A stretch of 35,021 nucleotides of DNA, from positions 1 to 35,021 of the forward strand of contig JAUCBJ010004771.1 in the NCBI GenBank assembly GCA_032718475.1, written 5' to 3'. Position numbers and translations under genes: made by a program. Under the pieces are notes generated by a model, which was not told the origin of the DNA, searched no databases, and saw only the letters and a program-made list of their open reading frames with translations. Numbering within the stretch: position 1 is the first letter of the stretch; the number at the start of each line of letters is the position of its first letter. Positions 10,548 through 23,500 of the stretch are shown in pieces. The DNA comes from Nemertoderma westbladi (Eukaryota; Animalia; Xenacoelomorpha).

Positions 10548-11436
10548 TATATTATACGATGAATGCTACTCACATACAGGTATATCTCTCTACCTATCTA
10601 TACATGGATATTATTTTGTGTTGGTTTATTTGTATTGCATTATTATGTGATTCTTATTGTGGCTTTATCTCCTTTATTATAGCATATTGAATTCCCTTCC
10701 CGTATTATTCTCGAATCAAACAAATATATGATACATTGCAAGATGTATAATTTGAATCCATTAACTTGACTATTTGACGATATTACTTATTATTTTTAAT
10801 TTTAAGATGTACAATAAGATTTTATTCCCATCTAAGCGACATTATACCACCGTTTTGAACAGCGTGATTTGTGGACCAACTATTTAGTTACCAATTTTGT
10901 TACACAACTTTGATACAATTTTTCCAACAATTTCACTAAAACTAAAGCAAATATTTTTAACACCTAAACTTAGGATTAATTTAGTTTTGCTTAATTTATT
11001 TAAATAATTATAATTGCAGTAGTTTTTTCCTATTTTAACAGATACTTGTTTTTTAAACATAATTTCCGGTAGATTTTGTTCCATATATTTTCCCGTTTTA
11101 GAAAATACGTGCATTTTTTATTCCGTTACTATGTTAACTAATTTAGTTTATTTATATCTTTTTCAGACTATTTGTGGTCTGCACTGCGCTATGTGTTAGC
11201 TGTTTTTTTTTATTAGAGTGTTGCTTTTGAGCTGTGCAGGCACAGTTAGTTATTTTATTTTAATATATCTAACAAAAATAACTACCGATATGTCGTATAA
11301 CACCTGGTTATAGCTATTGAATTGTTCTGAGATTTTTTTATTGATTTTAATGTTTTACTTATTTAATTATATCATCACAATAATACAAGAACTACACCAT
11401 TTCGAACTTAGACGGCAGAAATGTTTCTTTGTTTGG

Positions 11437-12200
11437 CGGGGTGGAAGTGCGGGTGGGTGGGATGGTGGGTGGGTGCGGGTTTATTGATGGGTTGGTTGAT
11501 GCGGGTGGGTGGGTGTATGCCGGTGTGTGGGTGGATGCCGGTGAGTGGGTGGATGGATGAGGGTGGGATGGTTGGTTGGTGGGTAGGTGAGGTTTGGTTT
11601 GCGGGTTGGTGGTTGAGTGGGAGCAGGTGGGTGGATGCGGGTTGGTGGTGGTTAATGCGGTATGGGTTGTGGGTGGGTTGGTTCGGTGGGATAGTGGGTG
11701 AGGTTTGGTTTGCGGGTTGGTGGTTGAGTGGGCGCAGGTGGGTGGGTGCGGGTGGGTGGGTTGGTTGCAGGTGGGTGGGTGTGTGCGGGTTGATTGGTGG
11801 GTGGGTGGATGCGGGTGGGTGGGTGCGGGTGGGTGGGTTGGTTGGGTGGGATGGTGGGTGAGGTTTGGTTTGCGGGTTGGTGGTTGAGTGGGCGCAGGTG
11901 GGTGGGTGCGGATGATGGGGGGTGGTGGGTGGGTTGGTTTCAGGTGGGTGGGTGTGTGCGGGTTGATTGGTGGGTGGGTGGATGAGGGTGGATGCCGGTG
12001 GGTGGGTGGATGCGGGTGCGCTGGTTGGTGTGTGCGGGTGGGTGCGTTGGTTGTTGGGTGGGTGGATGCGGGTTGGTTGGTGGGTGGGTGTGGGTTTCTT
12101 GGTCATTCCGGGTAGATGGGTGCGGGTGGGTTTGTTAGTGCGTGTGGGTGGTTGGCGGGTGCGGGTGGATGGGTTAGTGAGCGGGTGGGTGGGTAGGTTA
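11437..12200. repeat. G-rich (GGGT/GGTG)n degenerate repeat with internal higher-order duplications
   Basis: Directly visible; block GGTGAGGTTTGGTTTGCGGGTTGGTGGTTGAGTGGG recurs three times. Confidence 0.9.
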
Positions 12201-13671
12201 GTCCGTTTTATATAGCCAAGGTGGTAAGGACCGGGGTCACTCATTGATGATGCATATCAAATAAATTTTAAATAATTTTTTTTCTAGAAAAGGCAATAAC
12301 TATGTCAAGGTAGTATCAGGGGATAAAGGCTGATAATTTTCAACATCAACAATTTTCATGCTTCTTGGGAAATATGAAAGGAATGTGAAATATTATTGTA
12401 AAGATGTTTGACTGATTAATTAACTACTTTATTCCATTTCTTACTACTGGGATGTAAGAGAACTGTAAATGTAACTGAATGATTTTGATAATTTTTTGAT
12501 ACTGTAACTGCAACTGTAACTACTAAAAATCGATTCAGTTCTCAACCACACAACTAACATGAATGAGAATTTGAAACAGTATTGTAATAGTTAATAAATT
12601 AATAACAGTGGTCGATATGGGTATCATTTTTAAAACAGTGTATTTTTGTTTATTATTACCAAAGACCCAGTGCCCACTTCGCTCAACTGTGATTTATTTG
12701 GCGAGTCAAGTAGTGAACGAAGATCTAGAATACTGTAAGGTTCATAATGAATCTATGTTTATCTGTCTCAACTATTAGACTATTACAGTCTTATCACCGC
12801 TCTTTCCTTCCTAAATATCGCAAATATTAAATGTAAATGTTTTAGATAAAAAAAAATAAATGTTAGAGCGGGATATATAACGGATTTTCTACAAAAAACT
12901 ACCTATATAGATAGCTCTACTGTATTAAGAGGCAGTTTCGAAATGGACATTATTATTAGTGTATATTACAATAAAATATATATTAAAGTGACTCATTTTT
13001 AGTTTTAGAAAAAGTTTTTTATTGTGTAAGTGATTCGTTTAATTTTTGTTGTACAAGTAAGTCCTGATTGGGCAATGGCTGCACTGTACGGCGGTGACTT
13101 GTTAATAGATCCCTCTGTATACAGTTCGCGGCAATTTATCATTAGTTATTACCAGCACTTGAAATTGACCGTTTTTTAAGTTTGATTGGACCGCCCTAAA
13201 GTCGCCAGTCAAATAAAGTTCTGCATTATTTACATATATCCTGTTCAACATGAAAACAATTATTTTTTGTTCCGAAATGATGTGCCACTACTACCCATAC
13301 TTTATTGTAATCACTCAAAATTTAAATTTTGTGAATTGTTAGTGCAGCAGCTGCATTGATACATATTAATACATAGTTGATCAATCATGTATATTTGAAT
13401 ATATATGATATTCGTGTATATTTGATAACACGTTGCATATACACAGTTTCCATTTTTCTAACAGAAACAATAAATAATATGCTGAGTTGAACAATAATAG
13501 CATGCATAAAGACACATTGCAACATGTAGTAGACTATATCGAAGAAATCTAACATTTAAGCTAAAACCAACCACTACTTCTGAAACAGCTGTTGTTGTGT
13601 TGTTTACTAGATTACCAAGCAACACCTGGATTCATTGACCTGGATTTTAACCAATATTAAGGGCCCGACCC

Positions 13672-13682
13672 CAATATGGCGG
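13672..13682 (+). promoter_or_regulatory. YY1-type motif CAATATGGCGG in the probable Porcupine promoter/5' region
   Basis: Matches the CAANATGGCGG consensus about 390 bp upstream of the ATG; reverse CCAAT motifs (GATTGG) near 13066 and 13184. Confidence 0.35.
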
Positions 13683-14066
13683 GTATTTTAAATTTAAATA
13701 TATACTTTGTCAGTTTGAAGTGTTTTTGTAAGGTAGTTTTGTACTGTGAGTTGTGAGTGGAAGTGATCATTATTGTCGTCAGTTAGTACTGCAGTAATGT
13801 ATCTAAATTTATTTTGGTTACCGGTAGGCCTAGCCTACTGAAACTATTGATAGTCAGGAAAGTGACGGTTGGACTGAGGTAATCGAAGTCAGGTAACGAA
13901 GTACCGGTAAATTTATTTATGTTGTAATTAATACCGGTAGTTATTTTTGTTATAATCTGATAATGGGTCCTAATCAATTGTAATTGCGTTGAAAGTGATC
14001 TAATTTACTACCATAATATCATCGCACATTGAACTGAATACCGGCTGACCGGTACCGTTCGATTCC

Positions 14067-14536
14067 ATGATGGTTGACAGCTCCGAACACCTGGATGATA
14101 TCAACATCCTGGATGAGGTATCGAGCATGTACGAACGCAAAGAAATTACCACGGAGGAATATATTTCCTACCTCGAACTCCTTCAGGACTTAGAACAGAC
14201 TGACTACATAGAAGCCCCTACCACCCTTTACAGACTGACTTACAGTCTATGGAACTGTGTGCTACCGGTGTGTCGACAAGGTTTGGATATTCTGTTCCCG
14301 GTTATTATCAGTTGTTTACTAATGCGGGCGGTTTCTCTGCGGTATCCCAAGTTGGTTCACCTATCGTCTGCCCTTATCGGTTTATCCCTGATTATCTACA
14401 GTCACCAATGGCAGTCGGTGTATCTCCTTATTCTCATCTCGGTATGTTACATCTGCCTCAATGTTGCTCCCTCCTTCACCCCATTCCAATATGGATTTAC
14501 CACGGCTATCCTGTGTTCATCATATGTTGTTTCTCT
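14067..14536 (+). CDS. PORCN: Porcupine coding exon 1
   Basis: ATG, acidic N-terminus, CVLP motif and hydrophobic helices; donor CT|GTAAGT at 14537, phase 2. Confidence 0.85.
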
Positions 14537-17500
14537 GTAAGTTGTTTTTAACATTTATTTTCGGTACGATGTGAACGGGTTATCTGTCTTATCACACCGC
14601 ACCGCAATATGTGATTCATTCATTAAGGCAATATTATTTCTCACACTGTCATGCATTATTTGCAAGCTGTAATCCTTATGGATTAAATATTCTAGGTGAC
14701 TAGTAGATTTATCTGGTGTATTATTTTATAATGTTTAAAGTAATGCATGTATGTATTATCATATCAGTGTATTGAACTGACAAACGATGGGATTATTAAA
14801 TCGATTCCCATGCTGAATGACACCGGTGGCCAGTAGTTCTTTACGATTTAATCGAATACAATCGTTTTAATAGGCCGGCTTTACCAACGGGCTCCCATTC
14901 TCAATCAATAAGCACAATAGTGATTATTGTAAATATAATAATAAAGAAAAGGGCCGTGTCGGAGAGTTAAATTTGAGGGGGGTCCAGTTTCCAGTCTTGT
15001 AATAAATACAGAAGGCCGAATGTGACAGAAGGCCGAATGGGACAGAAGGCCGAATGGAAGAAAAGGTCGAATGGGACGGAAGACCGAATGTGACAGAAGG
15101 CCGAATGTGACAGAAGGCCGAATGGGACAGAAGGCCGAATGGAACAAAAGGTCGAATGGGACGGAAGTCCGAATGGGACGGAAGTCCGAATGGGACAGAA
15201 GTCCGAATGGGACAGAAGGCCGAAAGGGACAGAAGGCCGAATGGGTGAGAAGGTCGAATGGGACAGAAGACCGAATGGAACGGAAGGCCGAATGGGACTA
15301 AGGCCGAATGGGACAGAAGGCTGAATGGGACAGAAGGTCGAATGTGACAGAAGGTCGATTGGGACGGAAGGCCGAATGGGACAGAAGGCCGAAAGGGACA
15401 GAAGGCCGAATGGGACAGAAGACCGAATGGAACGGAATTCCGTAGTTTCCAAACTTCATTCCTAGTTCGGAAATTCGTAGTTTTATTAAGCTATAACGGC
15501 TACGTCTTTAATTAATGTTTAGCATTTTTAATAAAAGTACTTTGAAATTCTTGTGTTTTTGAAACTGAATGGCTCTATTGGTTTTCAAATTGTTGTAACA
15601 CTCATAATAAAATATCCTCTTCTAAGTCTAGACGGAGGAAGGGCCACTGGCCATTTTCCATCAAGCCTCATTTTTAAGCTACCTACTTTTTAAAATATTT
15701 TGTTATTCCGGTTTTGAAAAACTACTACAAAAGCTCAACTTGACAGTTATTTTGGATTTTGTCAACGTTTAGTGATTTGTTGGTTACGATGCATAGAGCC
15801 ATGAATGGCGTTTATAACTAGCTAAGATAATGGGGGTTCCAAAATTGGACATTTCATATACGTGTTTGTATGTATATGGTGGTGTTCGCGCACATGAAGT
15901 TGCACGAATTTATTAGGTATAAAAACCATCGCCAAATAGGGTTGCTAAACTTTGTCCTAAACGCCGCGTGATTACTACACACCACCAAGGTTTCGGAAAT
16001 GTAGGTCCTTTCGAGGGGCCCTTATTCCTCCTACTAGACTATATCTAAATCAATGTCGTATGAACAATAAAAGGATTTTATATTATTAGGGTGGGACTTC
16101 GATTTTTGGGTGGAGGTGAGGGAGGTCATAAATAGTGGTTTATCCCACTGTGAGACTGGGGAGGGGGACTTAACGCAAATCACATGTCAGCGAATTAATC
16201 ACCTCAATGTTAACTTATCAATTAAGGGAAATGAGCAGGTGACAGTGGCACTTTAGTTTATTCTAAACAAAACAATAAACTAAAGTCAATGGAACAGGTT
16301 ACAGTTTTGTTTTAGCGAGTAATCAATCAGCTGTTACTTGCGTCTAATTTCCCCTGGAAAGGGATGAATTTTGATTGCGTCGAAAGCCCTCCCTCCTCTT
16401 CTACTCACTCTAAACGATAAACATATGAATGGCTTTTCTTTAATCTTATCTTATCCTTAATACGCAATATCACCCCCCCCCCCCCCCCCCCCCCCCCTTG
16501 TATTGTCAGATAAATGAATATCTTGCCCTTTGAGTCATTCACCTTCTACTGTATTTATAATACACCTGTTTGTTTTTAATATTATTAATTTTCAGTGAAT
16601 TGTTTAACAACCCGATCGCTTGGAACCACATAAGAGGTGAGTAAGTCTTTCCAACTAACCCACTCACATACCAATCCACTCGACTAATCAATGCATTTAT
16701 CTATCTCGTCCACTTTGTACCCCAATCAACCCTATTTCCTCTCTAATTGTTTGCCAAACTTGTAACAATTCACGCCATTAAATATTTCACAACTATTTAT
16801 TTCCATTTAGTAACAACACTGCTAGTATTGCTACCCCGCCATGTGGGTGGTAAACTACCGCACTGGGGGAGTATTAATCATAGAATTTGGGTGAATATAA
16901 TAATGTCTGGCGTATAGATTACAATTCAATTATTCACGCACGGGCCGGGCACGCATTGTAATTTCTACAATCATGTTCGTCTGTCTTCCGTATTTCCTTG
17001 TAATCCCACCCACACGTACAACAGTCCTAATTACTCCAACTAACATTCAGTCTACCGTCGGCCTACGATTGTTTTTGTGTCCTCGATAGGAATTTTTGTT
17101 TGCGTCATCTGATTTCCGGTGTAGTTTAGAACATTCATGCTTTGTATAATACTCAAGTTGTAAATTTTACGAATAATGAATGATTTATTTACCGTTATTA
17201 TAGCGGTTAAATATGTTAATAATTTGGTTTTCTTTTTCTGTTGTATTTACTGTCGGAATTATTGGCATAGTATACCCATGTTATACTTTTATGCGGGTTT
17301 TGCTTTGCAACATAATATTTTATTAAATAATATGTAACTATTTTTCAACGTCTTTCTTTATAGGGCCCCAAATGATAGCCTGTATGAAGCTAATAAGTCT
17401 GGCATTCGACATAGATAGACATCAGGTGGTACAACCCAATACCATTGAGTACCTTGGATACGCTCTGTTTCCTGGCAACCTCGTATTCGGCCCCTGGCTC

Positions 17501-20500
17501 AGCTACAGCCAATATCGCACAGTTCTATTGGGTTATGGACATGTAAGTTCTCGGTCAGTGCTATTGGGTTATGGACATGTAAGTTCTCGGTCAGTGCTAT
17601 TGGGTTATTGACATGTAAGTTCTCGGTCAGTGCTTGGGTTATGGACATGTAAGTTCTCGGTCAGTGCTATTGGGTTATGGACATGTAAGTTCTCGGTCAG
17701 TGCTATTGGGTTATGGACATGTAAGTTCTCGGTCAGTGCTATTGGGTTATGGACATGTAAGTTATCGGTCAGTGCTATTGGGTTATGGACATGTAAGTTA
17801 TCGGTCAGTGCTATTGGGTTATGGACATGTAAGTTCTCGGTCAGTGCTATTGGGTTATGGACATGTAAGTTCTCGGTCAGTGCTATTGGGTTATGGACAT
17901 GTAAGTTCTCGGTCAGTGCTATTGGGTTATGGACATGTAAGTTATCGGTCAGTGCTATTGGGTTATGGACATGTAAGTTATCGGTCAGTGCTATTGGGTT
18001 ATGGACATGTAAGTTCTCGGTCAGTGCTATTGGGTTATGGACATGTAAGTTCTCGGTCAGTGCTATTGGGTTATGGACATGTAAGTTATCGGTCAGTGCT
18101 ATTGGGTTATGGACATGTAAGTTCTCGGTCAGTGCTAATGGGTTATGGACATGTAAGTTCTCGGTCAGTGCTATTGGGTTATGGACATGTAAGTTATCGG
18201 TCAGTGCTATTGGGTTATGGACATGTAAGTTCTCGGTCAGTGCTATTGGGTTATGGACATGTAAGTTATCGGTCAGTGCTATTGGGTTATGGACATGTAA
18301 GTTATCGGTCAGTGCTATTGGGTTATGGACATGTAAGTTCTCGGGCAGTGCTATTGGGTTATGGACATCTAAGTTCTCGGTCAATGCTATTGGGTTATGG
18401 ACATGTAAGTTTTCGGTCAGTGCTATTGGGTTATGGACATGTAAGTTCTCGGTCGGTGCTATTGGGTTATGGACATGTAAGTTCTCGGTCAGTGCTATTG
18501 GGTTATGGACATGTAAGTTCTCGGGCAGTGCTATTGGGTTATGGACATGTAAGTTCTCGGTCAGTGCTATTGGGTGATGGACATGTAAGTTCTCGTTGGT
18601 ACAACTGGGTTATGGACATGTAAGTTCTCGGGCACGGGCAGTGCTATTGGGTTATGGACATTTAAGTTCTCGGTCAGTGCTATTGGGTTATGGACATGTA
18701 AGTTCTCGGTCAGTGCTTCTGGGTTATGGATAGGGATGTCCCGGAATTCCGTTCCGGCCGGAATTCCGGCGGTTTTTGCCCGATTCCGGTTCCGGCCGGA
18801 ATTGCCGGAATGGGGTCAATTCCGGCCGGAATTTTACCGGAATTACCAGTTCCCTAAGTAGTTTGATAGTTGTCAATTAGTTTGTTAAATTATTATCAAA
18901 ATTTATATATTTTTTTTTACATATACTTACCAACTATTGTTTAAGATGCAGTACTAGTCAACACTTGTACAAAAAGTAAAGAAGTAAAGTTTTCTTAGGC
19001 CGTTACTGTAGCTTAGAGCTACCATTTAAGGATGCAAGGCGGAGATAGAAATACCCCATTCTAGCCACTTCAAATCATTCGTACCGAAAATAAAACTGCC
19101 GTGGCCCATGCGAGGTTAGAACCCACAATCTCCTGAGAGACGGGAATTCAATGCAACCACTACACCAAGGTGGAACCTAATGGAACTGTAACGAGGGACA
19201 ATTTACTGCCACCCCCTTTTTTTAAGTCAATTTAGTATTGATGGCTATGCATCACATTTCCAAAAAATTGTCACCTGACAACTGTTTTTAGAACGTCAAA
19301 ATTACACCTCCCTTGCTCCACTAGTAACAAATAAGTCAAAACTCATTTGTTAAAAAATATAAGATGAGTCTCGCATTTACAAAATATTTCTATACCCAAA
19401 GGTATAAATCCAGGCTTTCAGCATGCCATTAAGTTATGAGTCGTTTGTCAAAAAAAGATGGAACATGGGACATAATCACTTTCGCTCATCAGTCGTTACT
19501 TACGATTTACCAGTGGAGTAGAGACGCTCCCATTGAAACCAATGTGTTGGTGTTCCATAATATATTTTGACTTACGACATAAGACTTACCAGTGAAGCAT
19601 GGGCCTTAACGAGTGGTTTTACAATTTGCTTATAATATTACGTTTTTTAGATTGATTTACATTATTATGCATTTCTTTTACATTATTTTACTTTGATATA
19701 ATTATTAAATAATATGATAATATTAATATTGATTGTCCAACATAACATATAGGATTACCCCTAAAGCTTTCAGCTTATTTCCAAGGGGGTCCTTTATGTA
19801 ACTTGGGTACAAATACAATATTACACAAATACACTAGGCTAACCTAAAACTAATATAAAATGTTATTACACTACGTACAGGTCCTGCGTCTTTAGGTCCT
19901 GCAAGTGTGGTCGTTAGGTCATTCGTCAATATTCCCGGCGACGTGGGTGCTGCATATAATACAGTATGTTTATTTATATTTACAGCAAAGCTATTTATTC
20001 CCAGCAAAATTAAACTGTAAGATATACTATTAACTTTCGTTTATTGTTCTGATTCGAATAACATGTCACTGTAACATGCTCCTTTGCCTTAACAACACCA
20101 GGATATTGCACTAAACGAAACCAGGAAACCCGAAACCTCTGGTCAAAGTAGGTTTTAGGTATGAGCCTAAAAACCTAACTTTTGGCCAAGGATATAGGTT
20201 TTTGAAAAAACAATGAAATTGAATTCCCTGTCGTATAAGGCCGAAGTACCCCCCTCCCGTCGCCATAATAGGCCGTAATGTGCCAAAATTCATTTATTTC
20301 ACAAAAAAATTATAAGGTTTAATGGGTCATTTAGTGTACTTCACTAATTTATACAAAATTCCGGTTCCGGCCGGAATTCCGGCCGGAATATTCCGGCATG
20401 TTGAATTCCGGTTCCGGTTCCGGCCGGAATCAAAATATCGATTCCGGGACATCCCTAGTTATGGACATGTAAGTTCTCGGTCAGTACTATTAGGTTATGG

Positions 20501-23500
20501 ACATGTAAGTTCTCGTTGGTACAACTGGGTTATGGACATGTAAGTTCTCGGGCACGGGCAGTGCTATTGGGTTATGGACATTTAAGTTCTCAGTCAGTGC
20601 TATTGGGTTATGGACATGTAAGTTCTCGGTCAGTGCTATTGGGTTATTGACATGTAAGTTCTCGGTCAGTGCTATTGGATTATGGACATGTAAGTTCTCG
20701 TCGGTACAACTGGGTTATGGACATGTAAGTTCTCGGTCAGTGCTTCTGGGTTATGGACATGTAAGTTCTCGGTCAGTGCTTCTGGGTTATGGACATGTAA
20801 GTTCTCGGTCAGTGCTATGGGTTATGGACATGTAAGTTCTTGGTCGGTGCTATTGGGTTATGGACATGTAAGTTCTCGGTCAGTGCTATTGGGTTATGGA
20901 CATGTAAGTTCTCGGGCAGTGCTATTGGGTCATGGACATGTAAGTTCTCGGTCAGTGCTATTGGGTTATGGACATGTAAGTTCTCGGTCAGTGCTATTGG
21001 GTTATGGACATGTAAGTTCTCGGTCGGTGCTATTGGGTTATGGACATGTAAGTTCTCGGTCAGTGCTATTGGGTTATTGACATGTAAGTTCTCGGTCAGT
21101 GCTTGGGTTATGGACATGTAAGTTCTCGGTCAGTGCTATTGGGTTATGGACATGTAAGTTCTCGGTCAGTGCTATTGGGTTATTGACATGTAAGTTCTCG
21201 GTCAGTGCTTGGGTTATGGACATGTAAGTTCTCGGGCAGTGCTATTGGGTTATGGACATGTAAGTTCTCGTCCGTACAACCGGGTTATGGACATGTAAGT
21301 TCTCGGTCAGTGCTATTGGGTTATGGACTATTACGTAACCAAATTGTTTTATTTTATTAGCATCGTAACTGGGCGTTGAATCTGTTACGGAGTTTGACAT
21401 TGTCGATGTTGTTTCTCCTCGTTTCCACCTGTATGTCGACAGATGTTCTAGACGCCTCAACTACTAACAAGTGAGTTACCATGCCAACAAGTAAGTTACC
21501 ATGCCTCAATTATCTAGCATTATCGCAACTGTATATTCATGTTCCACACAATAACCTACCAACCAAACCATCTACAGGCCTGTTTTCTTTATTTTACAGG
21601 TGGTTGCTGGCCTACCAAGATGCTTTCTCATTTCGCATGAGCCATTATTTTGTATCATTCGCTTCCCAAGCCTCTTGCATAGCCTGTGGCGTTGTTACCA
21701 TAGACACTGATACCTCCCAAAGTAGGGCGACCAATGGGAAACGGAATACGAACAGGTCCAGTGAGAAGGGTCAATCGGGGTGTAGTTCGTCCCGTGTACG
21801 ACAGCGCGCAGCTTCCAAACCCTCGGTGCCATCCTCTACACGTGGGGATCGGCCAATCACAGGAGCTTGGAGCTTCCAAGTAGCGCGCCCATTGGCTATT
21901 GAGTTGCCCCGGGGTTTAGTTGAGGTGGTGACTAACTGGAATCTACCTATGCACTGCTGGTTGAAACAATGTGAGTTACCGGTATGTGGGCCGAGAGTAC
22001 CTGATCTTCAATGTTTAGGATTGTTCATCGAAATAAAAAAATGTTTCGATCAATATTGGGAAAATATCAATCAATAATATTGATAGTAATATTGATAATA
22101 ATATCAATAATATTGATTTTCTAAACATATAGAGACAAAATTGTTTTTTTCGAAATTACAGCTTAATAATTTCAGTTACTAATTACAGCTACTTAATAAT
22201 TTCAGTTACTAATTACAGCTACTTAATAATTTCAGTTACTAATTACAGCTACTTTTTATTTGATTTATTATGGCATTACCGTTTTGTCATAACCGCACGG
22301 AATTTTGTATTAGTGCGAGCGAGGGTAAGAGAGGGGGGGGGGGGGGGGTAATTTGACAGGTCCTGTTTTTTTATGGAATGGTAATGGTGTATACTATATT
22401 ATAGTCTTAACAATAATATTTATATATTACAATTTAAAAGAAATTATTTTTTTACAAAATATAAATATTATTTTTAAAAATGTTACACAAAAATGTTATA
22501 ATAATAATAATAATGTTTATTAGTCCAAACGTATGGAATTAAAAATGTGCACTAACTATTAAAAATTACACTAACATTGAGTATTATATAAATAAATAAA
22601 TAAAATGTAATTAACTAGTTTGTGTCAGGTTGGGCTCAGGTGAGGATAGTTAGGTAGTAGGTAGTTAGGCATAGGTAGTTAGGCAATTTCCATAGTCAGC
22701 TAGACAAAGGCCTGTAGGCCGAAATATTGTTGATTTGTAATAATTGGTTACTTGTGTGGTCTTTGTAATTCTATCTACCTGATTTAATTTATTAAATAAT
22801 TTGAATATTTGTAAATTTGGTCTTCACTTATCAAAATTCTAGAAGTGGTCCTTTGATGCAGTTTCGTTGCACTGCCAGCAGACACAGGATTCCAAGGGCC
22901 TCCAGCATTTGGCGGTAGTGCACAACAACTTATGATGGTATCCGTTTGATTAATGTTTGAAAATGTTATATTTTTTTTCTTTTAATATCGAAAATATTGA
23001 AATTATCATATTTATGTTCCATCAATAGAACATTCTAAACATCCATCCAAATTCGTTAGTTTCAATATCTTGGACAAGCCAATTATATTTAGTTGGATAT
23101 GTTAATAAATATTTTTATGTTTCTACAATAGCAGCAGCTTTAAGGTATAAGTATATCACAAGGTAATACGAGGTATTTCCCATTCATTTACAATTTAAAT
23201 ATGTTATTACAGATTGCTGCATTTTATTAAATAACAAACTTATTTAATATAAATAAATTTCCATATTAATATGTACTATGTATGCAGTATATGGTGATGT
23301 ACCTTTTGCTTCCAGACCACATAGGTAACACCAAAAACAATGGAGACTTCGCAAAGGATTTGATATAATTTTATCAATATTTGGTGAGAGGGGTGGACCC
23401 TCTCCTTTCCCTAAACACAGACCTATTTATAGCTCTGTGTATAAGACAAACTAATTTCATGTAAGGCAAGGCTACCCCGAGTACCACAACAAAACTAATA

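Larger units (their letters stand above)
18731..20457. mobile_element. Non-autonomous hAT DNA transposon, 1727 bp
   Basis: Perfect 17-bp TIR TAGGGATGTCCCGGAAT / ATTCCGGGACATCCCTA (Ac-like TAGGGATG start); 8-bp TSD GTTATGGA (18723-18730, 20458-20465); TTCCGG subterminal clusters; no transposase ORF. Confidence 0.93.
17522..21328 (+). repeat. 36-bp minisatellite (GTGCTATTGGGTTATGGACAT|GTAAGTTCTCGGTCA) spanning the exon 3/intron 3 junction, ~55-58 copies, interrupted by a hAT element
   Basis: First unit overlaps the last 21 nt of exon 3; arrays at 17522-18730 and 20458-21328. Confidence 0.95.

Noticed and set aside
11408-12244. 278-aa Pro/His/Thr-rich ORF and its reverse-strand counterparts
   Set aside because: Artefacts of the (GGGT)n tract
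14905-15452. ORFs over the 17-bp array
   Set aside because: Periodic frame-cycling peptides from a minisatellite
17543-17558. GTAAGTTCTCGGTCAG as a 16-nt mini-intron in each unit
   Set aside because: Far below the normal spliceosomal minimum for animals, and removal would shift the frame
19101-19170. Second tRNA gene
   Set aside because: A and B boxes are present but there is no proper cloverleaf or anticodon arm; treated as a SINE head
17605-21121. 259-329 aa repeat ORFs; superficial CRISPR resemblance (36-bp repeat)
   Set aside because: Units are head-to-tail with no unique spacers, there are no cas genes and the context is a eukaryotic intron; the frames are open only because 36 is a multiple of 3
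22012-23040. Old hAT-like MITE (TAGGATTGTTC ... GAACATTCTA)
   Set aside because: Inverted repeats are too degenerate and there is no convincing TSD
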